From Candidatus Moranbacteria bacterium UBA2206 (lineage in GTDB: Bacteria; Patescibacteriota; Minisyncoccia; Moranbacterales; UBA2206): a stretch of 61,255 bases of DNA. Where the stretch lies: NCBI GenBank assembly GCA_002328565.1, contig DCUU01000020.1, positions 1 through 61,255 on the forward strand, written 5' to 3'. The stretch's first letter is position 1. Each line of letters opens with the position of its first letter. Shown here one piece after another: positions 8,830 through 16,116 of the stretch. The translations under genes and the position numbers were made by a program. Under the pieces are notes generated by a model. The model did not search any database and had not been told where the DNA came from. It saw only the letters and a list, made by a program, of their open reading frames with translations.

Positions 8830-8957
8830 ATCAGAACCACTGATTATCACATGAGCTCACATGATTTCACTTGAACAAAAAAACAAACCTCATGGTTTGT
8901 TTTTTTATAAAAAAATTCAGTGTAATCAGGATAATCAGCGCTAATCAGTGGTTCTGA
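8830..8957. repeat. Large inverted repeat bracketing the holA/rpsT convergent spacer
   Basis: tcagaaccactgatta (8831-8846) is the exact reverse complement of taatcagtggttctga near 8941-8956. Inner words (cacatga, atcag) are repeated. Confidence 0.8.
8877..8907. terminator. Bidirectional intrinsic terminator (holA / rpsT)
   Basis: Stem acaaacc, loop tcat, stem ggtttgt, flanked by A-run and T-run. Confidence 0.8.
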
Positions 8958-9233
8958 CTATTTCTTTGCTGTGGCGGCGGTTTTGACTTGCTTATTAAGT
9001 CGGGATTTCATGCGGGCGACGCCGTTTTTAGTGAGAACTTTCTTTTGAACAGCTTTGTCCAAGGCTTTCAGGGATTTTTTCAAGTATTCTTGCGCTTTGT
9101 CGATTTCGCCCTTAGAAAGAGCAGTTTTTGTGATTTTGATTGCGCTTCGAAATTGCCCCTTAATTTTATTATTCTTTTGGGTCTTTCTCTCAGTCACTCG
9201 CATGTACTTTTTGGCTGATTTGATGATTGGCAT
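8958..9233 (-). CDS. rpsT: 30S ribosomal protein S20
   Basis: MPIIKSAKKYMRVTERKTQKNNKIK... is a typical basic S20 N-terminus; 91 aa. Confidence 0.93.
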   Translation of the reverse strand: MPIIKSAKKYMRVTERKTQKNNKIKGQFRSAIKITKTALSKGEIDKAQEYLKKSLKALDKAVQKKVLTKNGVARMKSRLNKQVKTAATAKK

Positions 9234-9236
9234 AAA

Positions 9237-9330
9237 ATTTAGTTACAAGTCTATAAAGTTACAAGTCCATAAAGAACATCTTTATCGAACCTTTGACTTT
9301 ATAAACCTTTGACTTTATAAACTTTTAGAC
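9237..9330. repeat. Tandem and inverted word repeats upstream of rpsT
   Basis: agttacaagtctataa / agttacaagtccataa, and cctttgactttataaa twice. Confidence 0.7.
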
Positions 9331-9370
9331 TCTCCTATTTTTAGCATAGCTTTCAAGTTTTGGCAAGCAA

Positions 9371-9418
9371 GCCTGCCGATGAGGTATGGCTTGTCCGCCG
9401 ATGAGGCGGATGATGAGG
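9371..9418. repeat. Intergenic copies of the GCC-GATGAGG hairpin family
   Basis: gcctgccgatgaggtatggcttgtccgccgatgaggcggatgatgagg. Confidence 0.7.
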
Positions 9419-10186
9419 TTAAATTGTGGCTATCTCCCATAACATTTCAAACCACGCCTTATTCATCGCATAGATGTTTTTATCTTCAATCAGAATGGAA
9501 ATGATATTGGCCCCGTCAATTATCTGATGGGAGATTTTACCGTCGTAAATTTGCACATCAGATTTGAAAGGGAAGTTAGTTTTTTCTAGATATTTGATTT
9601 CAGTAATAGCATCATATCTATCATCGCTAGTCCCAAAAGCCATTTCTGGTTTTTTCCCAACCCGCAGAATTCTTTTTTTCACACCACGCCGAATTCTTTT
9701 TCGTTTGTATTCTGCGTTTATTTCTTTAAACTTCTCTTCTTCGTTTAGAGAATCGGTGTTTATGAAAAGCAGAATTTCAGTTTGAGTTGTGAGTGTATCA
9801 TCCAAAATCTTTTCCATGCCCTCGGCGCCTTCGTAGAATTTTACCCCTGGTCTATTAATGGTGAGATTATAGTTAGAAACCAAGGAGGGGAGCACTTCTT
9901 CAAAAATCTTTTTGTTTTGGCTAATTTCTCTTTCTTTGCTTTCTAATATCTTTTCCAAAGCGCGCGGATGAGTAGCTCGAAAGCGCGCCACTTCTTTGGT
10001 TTTTTCAATTTTTTCCACAAGTTCCAGTGCTAAAAGTTCTTCCATGGCTTTATACACCACTCCGCGAGGCTGATTGATGCTTTTGGCAATGTCTCTGGCT
10101 TTGGCTTCGCCAAACTCAAAAAGAAAGTCCATCACCGCGGATTGGGTTTTAGTCAGGCCGAATTGTTGCAATTGATCCTTAAACAT
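9419..10186 (-). CDS. TrmB-family transcriptional regulator (paralog 2 of 4)
   Basis: N-terminal wHTH FGLTKTQSAVMDFLFEFGEAKARDIAKSINQPRGVVYKAMEELLALELV. The C-terminus (...MLWEIA) resembles the other paralogs. Confidence 0.8.
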   Translation of the reverse strand: MFKDQLQQFGLTKTQSAVMDFLFEFGEAKARDIAKSINQPRGVVYKAMEELLALELVEKIEKTKEVARFRATHPRALEKILESKEREISQNKKIFEEVLPSLVSNYNLTINRPGVKFYEGAEGMEKILDDTLTTQTEILLFINTDSLNEEEKFKEINAEYKRKRIRRGVKKRILRVGKKPEMAFGTSDDRYDAITEIKYLEKTNFPFKSDVQIYDGKISHQIIDGANIISILIEDKNIYAMNKAWFEMLWEIATI

Positions 10187-10196
10187 TTTGTTGACT

Positions 10197-10256
10197 TGTC
10201 ATCCTGAACTTGATTCAGGATCTAATTTGAGATGCTGAAATAAATTTAGCATGACA
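10197..10256. repeat. MITE-like palindromic element, copy A (TGTCATCC...ATGACA family), immediately upstream of the TrmB paralog 2 start
   Basis: tgtcatcctgaacttgattcaggatc...gctgaaataaatttagcatgaca. Terminal inverted repeats tgtcat/atgaca and internal hairpin cctgaa/ttcagg. Confidence 0.8.
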
Positions 10257-10269
10257 AAGGAGAATAATT

Positions 10270-10785
10270 TTATTTAAAACCAATTTTATCTTTTGGCATT
10301 GCATCTTCTTTCATCAGACTAGCAATCATTTGAAAAACTATTTTGAAATTCTTGTCATATTTACTTTCAATCTTTTCCATTTTTTCTTGTAGTTGTTTAT
10401 GTGTGGACAAAATTTCTCGAAGTTTTACGAAAGTTCGCACCACCTGAATGCTGACCGCTACCGCTCGTTTACTTTTCAAAACTGCCGAAAGCATCGCGAC
10501 GCCTTGTTCGGTGAAAACATAAGGGAGATATTTTGAATACTGTCCCATTTCTAAGGTTCCAAATTGGTACCTTAGAATTTTCGCCTCTTTTTCATTTAAT
10601 TGAAACATAAAATCTTCTGGAAAACGATCTAAATTTCTTTTGACAGCTTTGTTTAGCGCTTTTGTTTCTACATTGTAAAGTTCGGCTAAGTCGCGATCGA
10701 ACATTACCTTTTCCCCGCGAATCATATAGATTTTGCCAATTATTCTTTCGTGGGGGATTAATTGTTGGTTTGTGTTTTTTGTCAT
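10270..10785 (-). CDS. ORF6N (KilA-N-related) domain DNA-binding protein
   Basis: IYMIRGEKVMFDRDLAELYNVETKALNKAVKRNLDRFPEDFMFQL is the characteristic ORF6N block. Confidence 0.85.
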   Translation of the reverse strand: MTKNTNQQLIPHERIIGKIYMIRGEKVMFDRDLAELYNVETKALNKAVKRNLDRFPEDFMFQLNEKEAKILRYQFGTLEMGQYSKYLPYVFTEQGVAMLSAVLKSKRAVAVSIQVVRTFVKLREILSTHKQLQEKMEKIESKYDKNFKIVFQMIASLMKEDAMPKDKIGFK

Positions 10786-10817
10786 ATTTTTTGGTTTTTT
10801 ATTGATTTTATACTCTA

Positions 10818-10846
10818 ATTCTAGCAGATTATTTGATATTTGTCAA
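10818..10846 (-). promoter_or_regulatory. Sigma70-type promoter for the ORF6N gene
   Basis: The minus strand reads TTGACA (10841-10846), 17 nt, TAGAAT (10818-10823). Confidence 0.55.
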
Positions 10847-10941
10847 TATAAAAAATGACACTTTTTCAACGAAAATAAGCCAAAATAGTCTTTTATGGTA
10901 GGGATAATGAAGACAAAACAAATAAAATGTATCAAATATTA

Positions 10942-10970
10942 TTGACGAAATGATTAGAAAATGGTATACT
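10942..10970 (+). promoter_or_regulatory. Sigma70-type promoter giving a leader of about 140 nt before the 11116 ORF
   Basis: TTGACG (10942-10947), 17 nt, TATACT (10965-10970). Confidence 0.55.
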
Positions 10971-11115
10971 ACGCAGTTATGATGAAAAATTTGAGGGTTG
11001 TTTAAAAAATAAGTAAACTGTAAAAACCCAGATTCGCAATTAGGCGGATGGTCGATAACTACACTGATGGAAAAATTATCCAGCTCGGCGGATCAGATCG
11101 AGCAAGGAGGAAAAG

Positions 11116-11385
11116 ATGAGAAAAATGACTATTGAAGAAGCGAAAAAAATAGAAGAGTGTTTAATTGCTTATAAATACGGTCAGGGGGGTGCGGATGTAT
11201 TTATGAGAGCATTGATTGGCAGGGGCGAGTATTATTTAGTTAGTCGGCCTGTGCCAGAGGGCCAGAGAATTTATAGATCGGTGGTACAAGGTCATTCCAA
11301 GAAATGGGATGACTGGACTTACCGGTGGGTTTGGGAGGATTCATTAAGAACCCCCACTGGATATGAGAAAGTTATGATAGAGTAA
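11116..11385 (+). CDS. Hypothetical protein (89 aa)
   Basis: Strong RBS aaggaggaaaag before the ATG. I recognise no family. Confidence 0.5.
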   Translation: MRKMTIEEAKKIEECLIAYKYGQGGADVFMRALIGRGEYYLVSRPVPEGQRIYRSVVQGHSKKWDDWTYRWVWEDSLRTPTGYEKVMIE

Positions 11386-11533
11386 AAGTGGAGTTTTTGG
11401 TCTCCTAATTAAAACCAAAACCATTAACGGCGGAAGAATTTGTGAACCACACAAACTTCCGCCCTTATTACGAATCCATAAGGCTGGCTTGTGGATTTGG
11501 AAATAAGGAGAAATAAAAAAAGGAGGTTTTAAG

Positions 11534-11872
11534 ATGATAGAATTTGAGGAATTTAAAAAAACTATAGGCGAGGAAGTAAAAAAAAGAAGACAGGCTCTTG
11601 GATTAACACAAAAAAAACTTGCCGATAGAATTGGTATTTCGCAGACTATGGGCACTGCGATGGAAACAACTAATCCTCCAATAGTACTCAATAACATATG
11701 GAGGTTATGTGAAGCTTTAGGGTGTGACCCGATTGAATTTCTAAATTCAATTGTTGGAAAACATCTTCCGGCTCCGGCTCCAGCTCTAGAGGAAAAAATA
11801 GAAAGGGCTGTTCTTGGAGCCTTAAAGGGGGCATCGAAAGATGTCACGGTGATAATTCTAAAAGTGGAGTGA
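11534..11872 (+). CDS. XRE-family helix-turn-helix transcriptional regulator
   Basis: RRQALGLTQKKLADRIGISQTMGTAMETT...LCEALGCDPIEF is a Cro/C1-type HTH. RBS aaaggagg. Confidence 0.8.
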   Translation: MIEFEEFKKTIGEEVKKRRQALGLTQKKLADRIGISQTMGTAMETTNPPIVLNNIWRLCEALGCDPIEFLNSIVGKHLPAPAPALEEKIERAVLGALKGASKDVTVIILKVE

Positions 11873-11903
11873 AAACTCTCAAAGGAGGTGTGAAAATAAT
11901 TTC

Positions 11904-11931
11904 GGGCAGTCCAACGTGGCTGCCTTTTTTA
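11904..11931 (+). terminator. Intrinsic terminator after the XRE gene
   Basis: ggcag...ctgcc stem followed by tttttt. Confidence 0.6.
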
Positions 11932-11974
11932 TTTCATCTTTTTTGACTATCGTGATAAAATAAAGGAAATATAA

Positions 11975-14236
11975 GTGAAAAATATGTTTAAAATGGACAA
12001 CGCTTTTTCTAAGGCAGGAATGATAGAAAAAAACAAAGTTGAAGGCAAGAAAGATTCGATAGAAAAAGATGAAAAGATTAAAAAAAAGATATTGAAATTT
12101 CTTGAAGAAGAAGGTGTTTTGAGATATGAAAATGAAATTAGTGTTGTGAACATTGATACCCTAAAAACAGCAGAACTTTTTCAAAAAATGAGACAACAAG
12201 GAATTGGAAGAGTTAGAAAAAAAGAGGAAAAATTATCAGGAGGAGCTGGAGCGGTCTATAAGTTTTTACAAGATATGGAAGTTGTTTCCATAGAAGATTT
12301 TGAGGAATCAAAAAATAGTGGAAAAGAAATAAAAACAAAATCATTATTCAATGTTCCTGAGAGCATAGAAGATGCTTTTGATCCGGAATTAATCAGGAAC
12401 AAGGAATACTATCTCAATTTATGGGATACTTATGAAAATAATATTCAATGGGGGCAAGGAGTAGAGGTAAAAAATGGAGAAAAATTAAACATGGAAGAAT
12501 TGCATTTTGCAACAACGCTCTTTCGAGACTTAAAAGCCAAACGTGATGAAAACGGAATATTATTAGTTTATGATGAAAAACAAGATGGATATATAAGACC
12601 CAGCTTTGAATGGTTAAAGAAAAATACAAGTAGGCTTGATAAGGAAGAGGGAAGAGATGAATTTTTGAAAAATAATTGTAGCTATTTATTGGAAAAAGGA
12701 TTAATTAGCCATGCGGATTTTTATCAATTTTCTTTGGGAGAAAGGCTTGGTTATGCTAGACCAACAAAAGAAATTAGCACTGGCTCTCCTTATATAATGT
12801 TAAAAGACGTTCAGTATTATATGGGGAAGGAATTTTTTATTTTTGATGGTGAAAAAATTCCTACAAAAAATATGAAAGTAGTTTTGCTTGATGAGGAGAC
12901 TGGAGGAATTATTTCTCTTGACAACGGCGCAGAAAATTTGAAATACATTTTTAGTTTATTAAATGAAGAAGAAAAAAATCAAAGAGAAAATGAAAATGTT
13001 TCAACGTATGTTGATATTGGTGGGAAAGAGGTTAAGGAGAGAACAAAATTATGGAAAGTAGATGAAAATATTCCTCAGCGAAAAGATGAGACTGACAATG
13101 ATTATGCTGAGAAAATTTCACATTTGAAAGATTTTGGATATGTCGACGATATAACTAATAAGTTTGCGGATAATTGTCATGTAAAAATGTTAAAATTGAG
13201 CTGGCGAGAACAATCTTGGGTTGCTTCTTTAGCTTACGAAATGGATCTCAATGGAAACGGAAAAGATCTAATAGCTTTTACTAGAAAATACAGAGAAGAG
13301 GGGTTGAAGTGTTTCCTTTCTCAGGAATTTGATCAAAATAATGGACAGAAAATTATAGACATTGGAGAAAAAATAGAAACCAAAGAAGCACAAAAAGTTT
13401 TTGCTAAAATTGTCGAGCTTGGGGATTTAGCACAGAAAAAAGATGAAGAATTATCAAAAATTATTTATAAAGACAATCAAAAAGAACTTCCTGCTAGTGT
13501 GCAAACGGAACTTTTGCGAAAAGCGCATAATATCATTTCTCGATTTAGTGATGAGTTGAAAGATGGAGAAAAACCGGATGAGGAAAAAATTGCAAAAATT
13601 TTGAAAGATTTGGAACAAAGCCGAATCGAAATTGATCTCGTAGCTTCGCTTTTGATTGCGGGGAAAAAAGAAGGCGAAGTGCAAAGCCTAGAAGATATAA
13701 AAGGTTTGGAAATTTCTGAAATTAGCGGGAAAGAGGTTTTAGAAAATTCAGAATTGATAGGTAGACTTCGGGAAATGTATCTCGCGAACAATTCTCACAA
13801 ATCAAAAGAAGATTTGGAAAGGCTAATGAATGATTTTGAAAAACATTTGGAGCACGATGCAAAATTCTATTTGGTCTATTTTGATAAAGATGGAAAAAGT
13901 GGAGATAAAAAATTAGAAAACCTAGCGGGTTTTATGCGCTCGTCGAATTTCGATGGGATAAAAAAATTACCGGAGGGCGAAAGATATTTGGGTGCTATGA
14001 ATATTGATCCACTCTTGCAAAAATTCTATTTCGGAGATAATTTTTCCCGAGAGACTAATGAGAGAGAGTTAGTTTCCGGAGCTAAAAAATTAATTGCTCA
14101 TGTGCCAGAAGGTGGTAGAACTTATGAATTGCTTATGAAACAAGGATTTAAAAGAGTTGCTCAGGAAGGGGAATATAAAAATGACGACGGGAGTGTTTTG
14201 GCGAGGAGGCTAAGGGTGGAATTGACTAAAGACTAA
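11975..14236 (+). CDS. Large hypothetical protein (753 aa), family not recognised
   Basis: Long uninterrupted ORF with GTG at 11975 or ATG at 11984. Charged and helical-looking. No motif I can name. Confidence 0.6.
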   Translation: MKNMFKMDNAFSKAGMIEKNKVEGKKDSIEKDEKIKKKILKFLEEEGVLRYENEISVVNIDTLKTAELFQKMRQQGIGRVRKKEEKLSGGAGAVYKFLQDMEVVSIEDFEESKNSGKEIKTKSLFNVPESIEDAFDPELIRNKEYYLNLWDTYENNIQWGQGVEVKNGEKLNMEELHFATTLFRDLKAKRDENGILLVYDEKQDGYIRPSFEWLKKNTSRLDKEEGRDEFLKNNCSYLLEKGLISHADFYQFSLGERLGYARPTKEISTGSPYIMLKDVQYYMGKEFFIFDGEKIPTKNMKVVLLDEETGGIISLDNGAENLKYIFSLLNEEEKNQRENENVSTYVDIGGKEVKERTKLWKVDENIPQRKDETDNDYAEKISHLKDFGYVDDITNKFADNCHVKMLKLSWREQSWVASLAYEMDLNGNGKDLIAFTRKYREEGLKCFLSQEFDQNNGQKIIDIGEKIETKEAQKVFAKIVELGDLAQKKDEELSKIIYKDNQKELPASVQTELLRKAHNIISRFSDELKDGEKPDEEKIAKILKDLEQSRIEIDLVASLLIAGKKEGEVQSLEDIKGLEISEISGKEVLENSELIGRLREMYLANNSHKSKEDLERLMNDFEKHLEHDAKFYLVYFDKDGKSGDKKLENLAGFMRSSNFDGIKKLPEGERYLGAMNIDPLLQKFYFGDNFSRETNERELVSGAKKLIAHVPEGGRTYELLMKQGFKRVAQEGEYKNDDGSVLARRLRVELTKD

Positions 14237-14256
14237 ATTAAAAGGACAATATAGAT

Positions 14257-14829
14257 ATGATTGCAAAACTAACGGGGAAAATTGAATATCTCAAAAGTAA
14301 CTATGCGGTAGTGGATGTGAATAATATTGGCTACAAAGTATATTTGTCAGCTTATACTTTTGGGAAAGTGGCGGGAATACCGGAAGTGAGTTTGTTTATT
14401 CACACCTATGTGCGGGAAGACACTCTGGCACTGTATGGTTTTTTGACGAGCGAAGAATTGGAAATGTTTGAACTTTTGATTTCCATTTCTGGTATCGGTC
14501 CAAAAGCGGGCATGGGAATTCTTTCTATTGCTACGCCCAAAACAATCAAGACTGCTATTCTCAACGAAGACCCATCGATTCTCACAAAAGTTTCCGGCAT
14601 TGGCAAAAAAACCGCCGAGCGAGTTATTTTGGAACTGCGAAACAAAGTAGCGGACATGACTACTGGCGAAAAAGAGGAAGCGACAATTGATTCAGATGCA
14701 ATCGAAGCACTTATCACGATGGGCTACAGCGTCACCGAAGCGCGCGATGCTCTTAAGATTGTTCCGTTGGATGTAAAAGATGTGGGACAGAGAGTGAAGA
14801 TGGCGCTTAGGAATTTGGGGAGGAAATAA
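14257..14829 (+). CDS. ruvA: Holliday junction branch migration complex subunit RuvA
   Basis: MIAKLTGKI...VVDVNNIGYKVY start and HhH motifs LISISGIGPKAG and VSGIGKKTAERVILEL. Confidence 0.95.
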   Translation: MIAKLTGKIEYLKSNYAVVDVNNIGYKVYLSAYTFGKVAGIPEVSLFIHTYVREDTLALYGFLTSEELEMFELLISISGIGPKAGMGILSIATPKTIKTAILNEDPSILTKVSGIGKKTAERVILELRNKVADMTTGEKEEATIDSDAIEALITMGYSVTEARDALKIVPLDVKDVGQRVKMALRNLGRK

Positions 14830-14864
14830 TTCTTACGAATTACTAATCTATTACAAATATACGA

Positions 14865-15962
14865 ATGTACGAAAATTTAGAAAATAAAAAAGACTTTTTG
14901 CAATCTGAGCAGTGGCGGAAATTTCAGGAGGCGGTGGGGCGAAAGACTTTTGAAATTACCTCATCCGCCCTACGGGCACCTTCTCCTTATAAAGGAGAAG
15001 GGGATTTTTATTTTTATGCCGGTATAATTGAGCATAGCTTGCCGATAGTGGGGAAATATTTTTATGTGCCTCGTGGTCCTGTCATTTGTCATCCTGGATT
15101 TATTTCAGGATCCAAAGAAGAGATACTGAAACAAGTTCAGCATGACATGGAAAAATTAATTGATTTAGCGAAAAAAGAAAAGGTGGGGTGGATTCGGATT
15201 GAGCCGGAAAATGAGAAAATTTTAAACTTAATTAAAAATAATACGAAAAATAAAATTACTAAAGCTCCGCATGATATGCAACCGAAGGAAACTCTGATAG
15301 TAGATATTTCAAAAAGCGAAGAAGAACTTTTGGCGGGGATGAAAAGTAAGACACGCTATAATATAAAATTGGCGGAGAAAAAGGGAATAAAAGTTTTTAA
15401 TAATTGTCATCCTGAACTTGTTTCAGGATCTAATTCTGATTTAGAGATACCGAAACAAGTTCGGCATGACAAGGATTTTTATACTGAAGAGTTTTTGAGA
15501 CTGACAAAAGTTATGTCTGAGCGACAAGGGATTAAAACTCACAGCGATGAATATTATCGAAAGATGTTTGAAATTATTCCGGAGAATATAATTAAATTAT
15601 ATGTGGCAGAATATGACGAGAAAATTATCGCAGCTAATATCGTTGTTTTTTACGAAGATACTGCCTATTATTTGCACGGAGCATCGGATGATAAATATAA
15701 AAATTTGATGGCGCCGCATCTCTTGCAATGGCGTCAAATTCAAGACGCACGCGAAGCTGGATGCAAGAAGTATGATTTTTGCGGAGTAAAGGTGAATAAT
15801 AAAAAAGGAAGATCATGGGAGGGAGTGACTAGGTTTAAGCTAGGATTTTCTCCAAACACTGAACCAGTTGAATTCCCTGGGAGTTATGATATTATTATTA
15901 GTCCAGTGAGGTATTGGGGGTATAGAATAATTCAAAAAGTAAAAAGTTTTGTAAGAAGGTAG
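14865..15962 (+). CDS. FemAB-family peptidoglycan peptide-bridge transferase, carrying three in-frame repeat insertions
   Basis: FLQSEQWRKFQ, KSKTRYNIKLAEKKGI and YYLHGASDDKYKNLMAPHLLQWRQIQDAREAGCKKYDFCGV are typical FemAB/FemX blocks. Confidence 0.85.
   Translation: MYENLENKKDFLQSEQWRKFQEAVGRKTFEITSSALRAPSPYKGEGDFYFYAGIIEHSLPIVGKYFYVPRGPVICHPGFISGSKEEILKQVQHDMEKLIDLAKKEKVGWIRIEPENEKILNLIKNNTKNKITKAPHDMQPKETLIVDISKSEEELLAGMKSKTRYNIKLAEKKGIKVFNNCHPELVSGSNSDLEIPKQVRHDKDFYTEEFLRLTKVMSERQGIKTHSDEYYRKMFEIIPENIIKLYVAEYDEKIIAANIVVFYEDTAYYLHGASDDKYKNLMAPHLLQWRQIQDAREAGCKKYDFCGVKVNNKKGRSWEGVTRFKLGFSPNTEPVEFPGSYDIIISPVRYWGYRIIQKVKSFVRR
14979..15001. repeat. Perfect 10-bp-stem palindrome inside the FemAB gene (codes PSPYKGEG)
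   Basis: ccttctcctt ata aaggagaagg. Confidence 0.8.
15087..15147. repeat. MITE-like element copy B, in frame in the FemAB gene (codes CHPGFISGSKEEILKQVQHDM)
   Basis: tgtcatcctggatttatttcaggatcc...ctgaaacaagttcagcatgaca. Confidence 0.85.
15405..15471. repeat. MITE-like element copy C, in frame in the FemAB gene (codes CHPELVSGSNSDLEIPKQVRHDK)
   Basis: tgtcatcctgaacttgtttcaggatct...ccgaaacaagttcggcatgaca. Confidence 0.85.
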
Positions 15963-16116
15963 TGTCCCGCACAAAATTCCAATAAGGATTTATTTAATTT
16001 AATGATTTATGTGCGTGGCCCGTCTAGCGACTAGTTTAGGGATAATTCAAAATTATTAGAGCGAATTTTTGCGGGATACTCATGTTTGTAGTTTCTCGCT
16101 TTGCTCGAAAACAAAC

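Noticed and set aside
11344-11847. 167-aa minus-strand ORF overlapping the 89-aa ORF and the XRE gene.
   Set aside because: The plus-strand XRE reading frame has a clear HTH and an RBS. The antisense ORF has no start context and an implausible composition.
16069-16116. N-terminal extension of murE (MRDTHVCSFSLCSKTN) from the ORF track.
   Set aside because: It has no RBS and an unusual Cys-rich sequence. The downstream ATG at 16117 gives a normal Mur ligase N-terminus. The extension is probably just open frame.
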